DNA of 64,000 bases. Origin: a virus. Lineage: Duplodnaviria; Caudoviricetes. How positions within the stretch are numbered: position 1 is the stretch's first letter; the number at the start of each line of letters is the position of its first letter. The stretch spans positions 7,768 to 71,767 of IMG/VR virus record IMGVR_UViG_3300042463_000545; one strand, written 5' to 3'. The translations under genes and the position numbers were made by a program. The notes beneath the pieces are model-generated. The model saw only the letters and a program-made list of their open reading frames with translations, did not search any database and was not told the origin of the DNA. Below, one piece after another: positions 58,001 through 64,000 of the stretch.

Positions 58001-58739
58001 TTTTGAAGATATCTACAACGATACAATTCAAAAACTTGAGAGTCTTGATAATCTAGAAACATTTGCAGATTTGAATGTATTCGAAAGAAACAATTGGGGA
58101 AATGATGACATAGTTCCTTATGAGAAAGCTAGATGGATTAGGAAGAAAGATGGAACGATGGATTATAATCCAGCAATGAAGTATCTTCCTAAAAAGGTTC
58201 AGTCAGCAGTGGAAAATAATCAAATCCCTCCAATCATTTCAGTTAGCGTACTTGGAAGAAAATCTAATTCTGATTTCTTCGTATATTCGTGGGAAGACGC
58301 TAGTATTACAAAAGAGAAGAAAGCTGAGATGAGAAAGAAGGGAGACTTCTCTTACATCAAACGTGGATTGTTTAGAAAAGTGAAAAACAATGGTAAACCA
58401 TTTGTTCACACATCTAATGATAAAGACTATTACATCTATCAAGCTGTAAACGCATGGGGTGCTAGAGAAAGAGCTCAAGAATTCTACGATGTTGAGAAGA
58501 AGTCACAGATTGATAATGGGTTCATTAAAGTGGGTAATGTAGCAGCTGACGAAAGAATTATTAACATCTTCACTGGTGGAAAAGCTGCAACGGTTGCAAA
58601 AACAAAAGCTTCTAAAGAAGTTAGCATATTATTGAAAAATGGAAAAACTTATCCATCCTCAAAAATTAATTCTAAAATGCTTGAGGTAATTGGATACAAT
58701 CCAGAACAAATAGGTAAAATATTGAAATCACTCTGCTAA
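46080..58739 (+). CDS. Giant virion RNA polymerase polyprotein (crAss-like, phi14:2 gp66-type)
   Basis: 4219 aa; catalytic GSDFDIDKL (~56028-56054) preceded by FRIPTQNQNSI; ETDGSG; N-terminal hydrophobic segments, coiled coils and a zincin-like YHEVFE. Confidence 0.93.
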   Translation: MEEELGVFGQNSSSNQNPSTQLPSQNQRSIIDTFNTLMNQGAPKLGQGNNTFTYTPAAGLDSSGRYDKVYPGMDNEDLYATYQGTAEKLGNGVAKFVGIAGSTFINGTAGLVYGAFDWARTGKFSSMFDNDLTKQLNDFNNEYLETTFANYKTQRETNGDWWEPENLLTANFLADNIIKNLGFAVGAYASGFAWSGAFKAIGLTSRLVGQGRNMAASADAAVGSANALPQAQRLSTITNALNKLGASSKVATGRALMGAERGIVATFGAAGEAGIEALNASQEFRQSLIDKYTAENGYLPQGDDLANINDLAERAGKTVYGLNIGLLSASNFIQLPKIFSSTFRGEKNIVNNVMFKDGKYLSALPEKGLAKTFYKARSIAGLAFNTTEALEEASQYAAQVGTQNYFSKLDETGSASILNDLFFDGAKEALTSDEGLLNLFIGGVSGAIMTSGIPTLGMTGDIRERGFTGYGGQQAKLRDEAITIFNSSLIKDKLKDSSKVINAAEAIQQERAQKIIQGDVSGSKDLEFDFLFGTILNRAKYTSTEFVNLELEELRSVANTEEGFLQLQQEGYAYQTDTRQSFLNRLQTIENQANYIDKAYQDISLKYKGVVDNKGDRVYSDVVIDKLTYAASKVFDYDSRIPSLNNKLISAGVNTAELFNDVLLNGTPKEEAVEKALSEIKSKGSINEDELTQDLFELVEMGMKRKKFLDEYSEMKSTPEKFTPKEKEPETVIPQEEVGKTVKIKTKDGEKNFKIGEEYFLGKVVKYDPKGNEIYRFPKLTILGQNPDGTIKIRDNKGERDIDAEELQDYKLGRVSAVANNPIAAFFMKNANTVVEWNMGKDKGGVKKGRLEFDSDKNQLMFTYVTKGKKGKSVVKSIPVDLKSFEPKPGFKTAMFSLGRQLTTEEKEQIKQSKDAKKDAAPSQFYAQVINDYHNEVIEKQAELEKTIKQKRADVITIEEELEKINKIIQQGGDDARAKKGTRLKSSVRKALDAAMRLSRAKEDLLQEIAELESQKEDGELLLAYLQDAVQNISEFTEGQQSTIDQLEFETELLKESIEENGKQINAITRLADEIDNTIDSAIKFLRSVIDEFEKNYPKAPTIMGVEFNEFLKANPNFLKLKPNFISDLRELERLIAEVEDMEIAVNEEKLNKVLDDIKSLKESLQTEVNELRFKEELLSKMKKAYQDYQSNILEEEKLAKGDALRKQILGTADNDNPVPVVFDREFEVDAKKPVSIIPRATIPVDRGKDHQKRAQRFGMNFQSFGENQKKNIKGVYITSKNQDQLIPGLMDFLRTDENGINETVDANKIIAMVMVDMSTGEPVLVNESGLPLTEEQLQDPLNNSIYQVFPLEDLKWSGDYGDKSMFAESVSENVRSEVRKQYAQWRSEVLKIEDLSEIHSIDVSFGFPKVNQDAEGKKLYDTRTSVQDAGLVTDYDIDNSPIITVATSDESIIRGISVTKSAPGRVFLDMGNGLVPLNNRQHTRKEAETIFNAILQFSKNALDKSKGVNDDQSKTLLSFLKSVVYWGIPVKEAGFSSVFFRDGKLYMSGKGAAFPFTPSGLLQNKEDIIATLQGMYHNVNGKYAREVGIEYEQITNISEDGTIESVTWPNYQSYLLSTTTPDGKQRSGEQLPLSTYMRPLEGPSDVNRSGIYFYTTDTEDAYIIPEAKKETKLAPVATESAEPTLILDGETPNQLRSSKTNRIIVFAAPSVNPTLENIKIYKSDDLAAVMVDFEKEGKDPKVAIKEMVLKVVQRQIQSQTPSPKTEKTRERLFGKQAASTPATKEAEQPKESKTEGTRARLFGNQPPIIEEEESDESADDILNKFNPNPKNDKADYREVVEKQAKSMKIEDWNEIEAFWKKAIPGVPLYRLKNLIQATNGAQAWGMLKNGAIYVYENAEVGTFYHEVFEAVWKMFTDPAEQQSIIKEFKSRTGTFVDRPTGETVKYSEATPQQIKEQLAEEFRDYVLFNKVPTKPKDGRPFIVRLFSDIVNVIKKFFTGKDATINTEELFKRIGTGYYAKSIPSTGVLENVPTQIVDIEDAFATEEDELRITIPYKQQNELIQHMAYKTLSLLGNTDQSLFNVNKLSKNYLYNELRNTILGQLDEDGNHLRDEQGVVIQNGLINDLRVANANNEKAGKISNLEYKTLNKFLKQTNIKVAEEWDELFKKYEEYMAQYQIEFDENEEFEIRDEEKTREISPDATKIDAFRKANSAIKLLLATLPRTTGKKNVDGTDEAMVTSVGGNELLPLSQTFITVMNKLHASRDVNEMMENLKQLAIEDGNYSRLYERLAKKKASDGNFEFKKLTNPHSIQLLSSFFSTFKKQNPGVKNVFILENGDVVVGDANLSQASAQIANDYENGIIMSARDGKGYLEYSVAEKAYVAKDSINKLKFDSSNIADNDNAMLRFLNDIGVEFDKNNFKKLNNNDKTKFREIVKGIRDSLVKNKVLMTLSKKTLSIQGRLTELAILKIKSSNPEIESTYFNISNERTQSYIGVNPLSDLRDFISSVENLSDNSVKESHYKYLVMDPFVKGSSVILNKLFPKGGQKTSPSNPNYDLLTVEYVGGTKNDINGKQKPSARLNYPERLTQEINLNLDGYYLNLVPGDASIEWMIKMGNHVSSKNMSMGYGKVMEIFKEYFKAEYELAKSPDRVVDGSRESERNNLRFFYDILGKDLHNEIMAFKEVDADAVYNKFEKKIETAVKKYIESRTEAFRNTLSKYGILQYDGASFTLKNIKTSEDGMYSLSKSMNEQTLNNNLSALTVNYMIANIELHKLIYSDPYQYKDELKRIKSFSSPRQAIMSDPDNLTVGFNINAAMQNVLNAGFKKGDVGYTDFNRNYFRTVTHSDVIGIVDVPGQDYESYKETDGSGIISMKAHRNLKFRAGQWTETNELQYRHDVAYEELVKSGADLDTINKFEENNPGDQSTYTPVKPIVAGTTDNKQGYNEVVLDKFALYPLSFRIMHKVNSTSNAMKLYDKMQREDIDYIVFNSGRKVGARNPHSTYNADGSFNNTPYIDDEKGQNVINVPFKIMAIQAEVPSKEKALVTRGSQMTKLLTMDFMAAGVPVDFMPNETNFNKRYQAWNALDEAGKEKSKLYKEIKNNRELLQAMTEFGYQSLLKKLGIVETEGKYEITDFSVAADTLRKEMLKREVNDNVIKSLDSFLEGKTILEATPAYQQVRNILYSIVDSNVVSPKISGGMKVQIPSTLLESNKIGVQEINGKKGFVSDTLKFYEKDGERVAEVMIGRWFDSPLSDEELMNYFNNTKEGQKQLSALFGVAFRIPTQNQNSIDAVKIAKFLPKEFRDSVVIPSALVAKVGSDFDIDKLSMYLKNVYLDIDGNIKLVPFEGYGQQAIDKFKDLSRRITEAEITIKEEKIAKQSNLQRIFGDIAIGNASDKLTEKWIPIFRQWFANDLVNNQLPVQLIEEIFIKRIEDLNKKVEELTTKDLSELFIQEHAERLYKASLENAYIESSENLIKSDENYDKLMTPNSADQMKALSEEIAKKTVGGSYNYRNVGNMLDRNFMSSLRHAFVTGKYAIGIAAVNQTNHSLMQRFASFVDPARLENVSPVDAKWLGDAKVKFQNFNQFDGKATMSMIKNADGQFISDIIGQFIDGYVDISNGPWIMELGATPNVASTWLFLVKIGVPIDTVSYFMNQPIIRQYLGTIENAGYSWLFIDDFASIAMDSFDPKAKMAPRDIIPNTASLRSMVGKSVEDLSPNEKADQQFILGEFLKYAKMAEHMFLVTQGTNYDTSNFNDPYLLFKKHEQLVRARQTIISSVDEILDNSFIGTTAETLNKTRDGVAEILASDKSKVRNVIQRVLKPYVDLNDRDFVKLAQKAVADLFDYAVQTNTAFKDRVFQTMISDGGYANDIMQMIKEIKANPNHPLFDNHVVNIIVPQLAPEASPESANNIKIKGATNKIYDQNSIIYSFRELKEYLESTGDIAKYNKFKTLALYQSGLSVNRLSFTSLLPFEDFEDIYNDTIQKLESLDNLETFADLNVFERNNWGNDDIVPYEKARWIRKKDGTMDYNPAMKYLPKKVQSAVENNQIPPIISVSVLGRKSNSDFFVYSWEDASITKEKKAEMRKKGDFSYIKRGLFRKVKNNGKPFVHTSNDKDYYIYQAVNAWGARERAQEFYDVEKKSQIDNGFIKVGNVAADERIINIFTGGKAATVAKTKASKEVSILLKNGKTYPSSKINSKMLEVIGYNPEQIGKILKSLC

Positions 58740-61700
58740 TGGCTACATGTCCTAATAAAAGTCTTAATGAATGGAAATCTTTAGTTGCAGCTAGAGGAGA
58801 AGATGTTGCTTTCTATCTATGGGATAAGTATGATGGAAATGTTCCAGAATCAGAGAATCAATCTATTTTATTTCAACAAGAACAATCTCAATCATCTGTA
58901 GCTTCTCCAGAAACTCTTTCTAAGGTGAAAGAAATTTTGAAGAAGATGGGAGTGAATATTGAATCACTCACTGATTACGCAAGAAAGTCTTCTACAGATG
59001 TATCTGGAGCTAATGCTGTTGCAGATCTTGTAGGAGGTGTAATTGCTGTGGCTGAAGGTAAAGAAGATGTAGCTCTTACGGAAGAGATGGTTCACGTTGC
59101 TACAGCAATCATTGAACAAAAGAATCCTAGTCTTGTCACTGAGATGATATCAAAGATTGACAGATTTAAGATTTACGCACAAACATTAGAGCAATATAAG
59201 AACAATAAATTCTATCAGCTTCCTAATGGAAAACCTGATATTAGAAAGATTAAGAAGGAAGCTGTTGATAGATTGATTTCTGAATTGATTATCAATGGAG
59301 GTCAAGATGCTGCACAATTCCCAGAGCTTTTACAAGAAGAAAATAGATCAATCATCAGACGTTGGTGGAATGCTATCACTGACTTCTTCAGAGGAATGTA
59401 CAAGTCTTCTAATATTAGCATATTTGAAGAAACTGCAAAGCAGATTATAGAGGGAGAGATTGAAGGAGAGGTGTCTGAAATTACAGAGGGAGATGTATTC
59501 TTCCAACTTGCAGAACCTACAAAAGCGCAGAAAGAAATACAGAGAAGAATTCTTGAGACAACTCAAAACTTAAGAAAAGGGGATGTTGATCCTACAACAG
59601 ATCTTCTTACTCTTGGTGATTCTGATGCAAGTAACTTCTACGAATACAAACAACCAGATGGTACATATACACGTGTTTTAAAACGTGTAACTGATCGTGT
59701 AAAAAGATATTACAAAGACAAGTTTGGAGATCCTGCTTTCACTAAAGAAGAGAAAGCATTCAATGAATTCAAGCGTAATCTTGGTGTAAAATATCATGGA
59801 TACTTTGAGGAGATTCATGATAGATTCTTTAACAAGGATGGAACAAGAAAAGCAACACCTGACGCTAGACCAGACATAAGAGATAGGGTGGATGCTGAAG
59901 TGTATGCTAAGATTGAGAACTATTACACAGACCTGATTGAAGCTCGCTCTAAAGGAGGTAAGAACATTCTTGTCTTCTCTGAAGTGAAGGTATATGATGC
60001 TAGAGAAAAAGAAGCTGGTACAATTGACTTACTAATTGTTGATGAAGATGGAACTGGTCACATCGTTGACTGGAAGTTCATGAGTGTTGGTGAAGGTCAG
60101 AGAGATGTTCAATGGTATAAGCAAGAAGCATACGGTATACAGCTAAGAAGATATCGTGATATACTTCTAACCAATTATGGTGTTAAGAAGGTGGGAATGA
60201 ATAGAGCTATACCTATTCTTTTCCAGATAAAACCAGCTGATAAGAAGGTGGAGAATTCAAAACCTACTCTTACAGGAATAAACATTGGTTCTGTTGATAC
60301 AACTAAAATAGAAAACTTAACACTTGTTCCTGTTTCTGAAAAAACAGAAAGCACAGGATTCAAGAGTCTTGATAAATTCATTGGAGAATTAAATGCAATT
60401 CTTGATAGAATATCTAAGACAAAGGCTACATCTGATGAGGAGCGTGAGTTCAAGAGAGAGCGTCTAAACATTGTTAGAGAAGCCATACGAATGGCTCAAG
60501 GAACGATGAACATTAAACCTGTGGTTGATGTAGTGTTAGTAATGATGAAGGAGGGAGAAAACCTCATCAGTGATTATAACATGATCTATAAGGATGCTAA
60601 TCCTCAGTCCAACGAATTTACTAACGAACAACTATCAGATTTCTCTTCAGATCTAAGAGACTATTTAGCAATTGCTGAAGTGTTTGGAAAGATTAGTGAT
60701 ACTATTGGCGATCTCATTTACAATAAGGACATGGAGAAAATGGACATGTCTGAAGAAGAGCTTGCTGATAGAAAAGAAATGCTAGAAGACCTTACTAAGA
60801 ATGCTACGCAGATTAGAAAATCTAGAGAGCAAGTGTATGAGATTGCTGGACAATTTGCAGACAAGTATATGGGATTGAGAAATCTTGTAACTGGTCTCCT
60901 TAATCCATCAGCTGTAGTGAAAGGACTAGGATCATTGTTTAGATCTATTAGCGAAATACCTTTAGCATCTGTACAGATTCTTTATAAGCTCACTGAAAAT
61001 GCAAAGGTTAGAGCATCCGCTGATGCAAAAGATGAGGTGCAGGATCTAATGAAGATTAGAGAAAAACTGGCTAGCAGAGGAGGAGATCTCAGACAATTAA
61101 TTAAGAAAATTTATCGTAAGGACGATAAGGGTAATTTTGTAAATAAACTAATTTATAAATATAGTCCTGAGTTTAGAGATGGTGTTAAGAACAACTCCCT
61201 TGAAGACAATAGAAGTAAGCAATGGTTAAAGGATAATATTGATGTAGAAGCTTATTTGAAAGAAGCAGATGCTCTTCTTGAGAAGCGAATAGCTCAAATA
61301 GAAAAAGACTATGCCAACAATGAAGAAATGAGGGATAGACTAATTCTTCAGGAAAGACAAAAGTGGGATTTGAGAAGACCAGACTTCACTGGTTGGAACA
61401 ACTATGTGATACTACGTCATCCAAAAGATAAGTGGTTATCTGAAGAATATAGAGAGCTGGAAAAAGATCCAGAACTACTTGAGCTATATAACTTCATAAG
61501 TAAGATTAATGAGAAAGCCAAAGATGTAGGATATCTAAGCAACCAAGGTGTGTCAACATTCTTACCGTGGGTGAGAAAAAGTATGGCAGAAAGCTTGGCT
61601 TGGGATTTTAGTTTGTCCACAGTGATGAACTTTGGCAACAAACTATCTATAAGAGCTGACGATATTGGATATGGAAACATTGATGCTCTTACAGGTGAAG

Positions 61701-63649
61701 TTGAGAACGGTATACCAAAATACTACACTACAGACTTTACACAACTTCCAGGTGGAGAGGTGGATACTTCTGAAGTGAGCGAAGACTTATTTGCTAACAT
61801 GATCCTTTACATAGGACACATGAATAACTATAAGTATTTGTCTGAGGTGGAGGACCAAATAAAACTTGTAAAGGATATAGAGACCTTCAAAGAACATCAT
61901 CTACAAACCTCCAGAAGTGGAAATGTTGTTGTAGAAAATGGCAGAGTTATAGAAGAAAAAGGAAACGAAGAGAATGCTAAGATTTATGATCAGTTCATGA
62001 GAGCTGTATTGTATGATCAAAAGTATCCACTAGATGATACAGATGTTACAATATCCACTGGTGTAGTTGATTACATGAAGAAGGCTGTGAATAAAACAGC
62101 TAAGCATTTTGGAGGAAAGGAAATATTTACAATAGAGGATAAGCCAAGTTCAGTTTCTCTTGTTAAGTCAATGGAAACAATGAACAGATATTTCCAATTA
62201 AAAGCACTTGGCTTTGAGTTTGTATCTGGTGCTGTGAACTGGTTTGGAACAAACGTTCAATTGGCTGCTCAGTCTGGTGTATATTTTAACAGTGGGGAGG
62301 TGCTTAAGAAGCAATACGAAATACTTGGAAACAAAGCAAGTAAAGAAAAGCAAGACATGTTTGTAGAGCTTATAGATAAGTTCATGCCTCTTAGAGAAGA
62401 TCCAAACTATGAAGCTTTGCAGAAGGCTGGAATGAGTGAACTTACAAAAAGAAACTTTGGAGACTATCTAATGTTCTTCATGAGAGCTCCTGAACAGTTT
62501 ACAGAAAAGGCTGTATTCATGACTCTTCTTGACAACATCATGGTTCAAGATGGAAAGTTTGTGAACATTCGAGATGTCGTAAAAAGAAAATATGCAGAAG
62601 AAAGAAAAGGTGCTTCTGCAACAAGGCTGAAAGAAATTAACAAGGAGATTGAATCTGAGATTGAACAATTGAAGAAAGAACAATCAATTGGTTCAACTAT
62701 GAAACTAGAAGATGGTAATCTTGTTATTCCTGGATTTGATTTGAATAATCGTGATGAGATTCAAAGACTGACAAGACTCACTAGAAGAATATCAACAAAT
62801 GCAACTGGTGGTATCAACGCACAAAATGTGAACAGAGCTCAGATGAATATCTGGATGAAGTCAGCAATGATATTCAAGAACTGGATTCCTGGTCTAGCGT
62901 TCACACGATTTGATCATTTGAAGAAGGTGTCTGATGACTTCTCTGTAACTATTAATGAAGATGGTACAACAGAAGGAGAAAGATATGATATTGGTAGACT
63001 TAGACTATTCATGTATGTCTTGGGAACAAGTATTGTTCAGCTTTCCAGTAACATAACTAACATAATGCAACTCAATGAAAAAGGAATGGTTGAGTTAGAC
63101 AAAATGTTTGAGAAGTTCTCTGAAGAATATCTACAAAGAACTGGAGAAACTCTCAACATGACTAGAGAAGAATTCATTGATTTGATTAGAACTAACCTTC
63201 GAAATCAATTAAGAGAACTTGCTTTAACATTGTCATTGCTTGGTTTATCCTTCTCAATGGGAATCATTGGTCCAGATGATGATGATACTAGAGCTGAGAA
63301 AAATGCATTCAGATATAGTCAAAGAATAGTTGACAAGTTTGTAAGTGAATTAACATTCTTTATTAACCCATTCGAATTCCAGAATATACTAGAAGGTAAT
63401 CTACTACCAGCTATTGGTGTTGTTACAGATGTTACAAGATTTGGAACACACTTAACAAAAGAGATGACAGGCTTTGATGTATCTGATCCAACCAAGTCTT
63501 TTGAAGAAGTGAAAAGGGATGCTCAACCAATTAAAAACTTGGCTAAGATGTTCCCATTAACAAAGTCTTTGATTAACTATGCTGCAATGATTGACGAAGA
63601 GTTTGCTAAAGAATACGACATTACAGTATCAAAGACTCCTGGTAAGTAA
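58739..63649 (+). CDS. Large RNAP-associated virion protein with PD-(D/E)xK nuclease-like domain
   Basis: SEVKVYD...AGTIDLLIVDEDG..HIVDWK...YGIQLRRY; C-terminal hydrophobic segments; coupled to the RNAP gene. Confidence 0.8.
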   Translation: MATCPNKSLNEWKSLVAARGEDVAFYLWDKYDGNVPESENQSILFQQEQSQSSVASPETLSKVKEILKKMGVNIESLTDYARKSSTDVSGANAVADLVGGVIAVAEGKEDVALTEEMVHVATAIIEQKNPSLVTEMISKIDRFKIYAQTLEQYKNNKFYQLPNGKPDIRKIKKEAVDRLISELIINGGQDAAQFPELLQEENRSIIRRWWNAITDFFRGMYKSSNISIFEETAKQIIEGEIEGEVSEITEGDVFFQLAEPTKAQKEIQRRILETTQNLRKGDVDPTTDLLTLGDSDASNFYEYKQPDGTYTRVLKRVTDRVKRYYKDKFGDPAFTKEEKAFNEFKRNLGVKYHGYFEEIHDRFFNKDGTRKATPDARPDIRDRVDAEVYAKIENYYTDLIEARSKGGKNILVFSEVKVYDAREKEAGTIDLLIVDEDGTGHIVDWKFMSVGEGQRDVQWYKQEAYGIQLRRYRDILLTNYGVKKVGMNRAIPILFQIKPADKKVENSKPTLTGINIGSVDTTKIENLTLVPVSEKTESTGFKSLDKFIGELNAILDRISKTKATSDEEREFKRERLNIVREAIRMAQGTMNIKPVVDVVLVMMKEGENLISDYNMIYKDANPQSNEFTNEQLSDFSSDLRDYLAIAEVFGKISDTIGDLIYNKDMEKMDMSEEELADRKEMLEDLTKNATQIRKSREQVYEIAGQFADKYMGLRNLVTGLLNPSAVVKGLGSLFRSISEIPLASVQILYKLTENAKVRASADAKDEVQDLMKIREKLASRGGDLRQLIKKIYRKDDKGNFVNKLIYKYSPEFRDGVKNNSLEDNRSKQWLKDNIDVEAYLKEADALLEKRIAQIEKDYANNEEMRDRLILQERQKWDLRRPDFTGWNNYVILRHPKDKWLSEEYRELEKDPELLELYNFISKINEKAKDVGYLSNQGVSTFLPWVRKSMAESLAWDFSLSTVMNFGNKLSIRADDIGYGNIDALTGEVENGIPKYYTTDFTQLPGGEVDTSEVSEDLFANMILYIGHMNNYKYLSEVEDQIKLVKDIETFKEHHLQTSRSGNVVVENGRVIEEKGNEENAKIYDQFMRAVLYDQKYPLDDTDVTISTGVVDYMKKAVNKTAKHFGGKEIFTIEDKPSSVSLVKSMETMNRYFQLKALGFEFVSGAVNWFGTNVQLAAQSGVYFNSGEVLKKQYEILGNKASKEKQDMFVELIDKFMPLREDPNYEALQKAGMSELTKRNFGDYLMFFMRAPEQFTEKAVFMTLLDNIMVQDGKFVNIRDVVKRKYAEERKGASATRLKEINKEIESEIEQLKKEQSIGSTMKLEDGNLVIPGFDLNNRDEIQRLTRLTRRISTNATGGINAQNVNRAQMNIWMKSAMIFKNWIPGLAFTRFDHLKKVSDDFSVTINEDGTTEGERYDIGRLRLFMYVLGTSIVQLSSNITNIMQLNEKGMVELDKMFEKFSEEYLQRTGETLNMTREEFIDLIRTNLRNQLRELALTLSLLGLSFSMGIIGPDDDDTRAEKNAFRYSQRIVDKFVSELTFFINPFEFQNILEGNLLPAIGVVTDVTRFGTHLTKEMTGFDVSDPTKSFEEVKRDAQPIKNLAKMFPLTKSLINYAAMIDEEFAKEYDITVSKTPGK

Positions 63650-63720
63650 TACAATTACACTTAACCTGTTGAGAAATAAACGTATATTGATTAGTTTTAC
63701 ATAACTACAGGAAGTTAACT

Positions 63721-63758
63721 AAACCTAGGGGCAGTATAGTCTCTAGGTTTTATATTTT
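63721..63758 (+). terminator. Probable intrinsic terminator
   Basis: AAACCTAGGGGC-AGTATA-GTCTCTAGGTTT followed by TATATTTT. Confidence 0.65.
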
Positions 63759-63782
63759 CTGAAAACATAAGACAACAAAAAC

Positions 63783-64000
63783 ATGGCAGAAGTATATTGC
63801 GGATCTGAACCTTGCCCATTATTCCTCAACTCCACGTGTGTGTTTTACACAGGCGAGAGTCTTCTTTATATAGGTGTACAGAACAATGACACTCTTGAGG
63901 CAATCATTATAAAGATTAACCAAGCATTTCAGAATGCTGGGGTGGGATATGCATTTACAAATGGCTTGATTCAGCCTACACCATTCCAACCAGTGCAACT
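63783..64000 (+). CDS. Fibre-like protein, N-terminal fragment (runs off the right edge)
   Basis: MAEVYCGSEPCPLFLNSTCVFYTGESLLYIGVQNNDTLEAIIIKIN shares the N-terminal module of 23775 and 24907. Confidence 0.75.
   Translation, partial: MAEVYCGSEPCPLFLNSTCVFYTGESLLYIGVQNNDTLEAIIIKINQAFQNAGVGYAFTNGLIQPTPFQPVQ

Noticed and set aside
38907-62683. Many 60-183 aa ORFs overlapping the giant genes
   Set aside because: Antisense or alternate-frame shadows without recognisable motifs.
12126-63649. Stop-codon reassignment as in some Crassvirales
   Set aside because: Structural and RNAP genes are long and uninterrupted in the standard code; no suppressor tRNA seen.

Overview
This is a 64 kb fragment of an AT-rich crAss-like (Crassvirales-related) phage genome, most likely infecting a Bacteroidota host and using the standard genetic code. 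The left ~10.2 kb is on the minus strand. It holds the N-terminal part of a family B DNA polymerase, a GH24 lysozyme, many small accessory genes, an atypical tRNA-like element, and a ~800 nt structured non-coding region with two twister-like self-cleaving ribozyme candidates in tandem. After a GC-rich strand switch at ~10.2-10.4 kb, the plus strand carries the crAss-like virion module: HU/IHF-like proteins, terminase, portal, putative scaffold, major capsid, ring/tail proteins, Cys- and poly-Thr-rich fibre/decoration proteins, an apparently split muzzle gene, modular cargo proteins, a 4219-aa DFDID-type virion RNA polymerase and its large partner. The most notable observations are (1) the tandem twister-like ribozymes that could excise a ~412 nt structured RNA, (2) cargo polyproteins punctuated by AQxG/xGG motifs, with TonB-box-like segments ahead of variable cassettes, and (3) the tRNA-like RNA with an enlarged anticodon arm. 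All calls come from motif reading and gene order; no searches were run.
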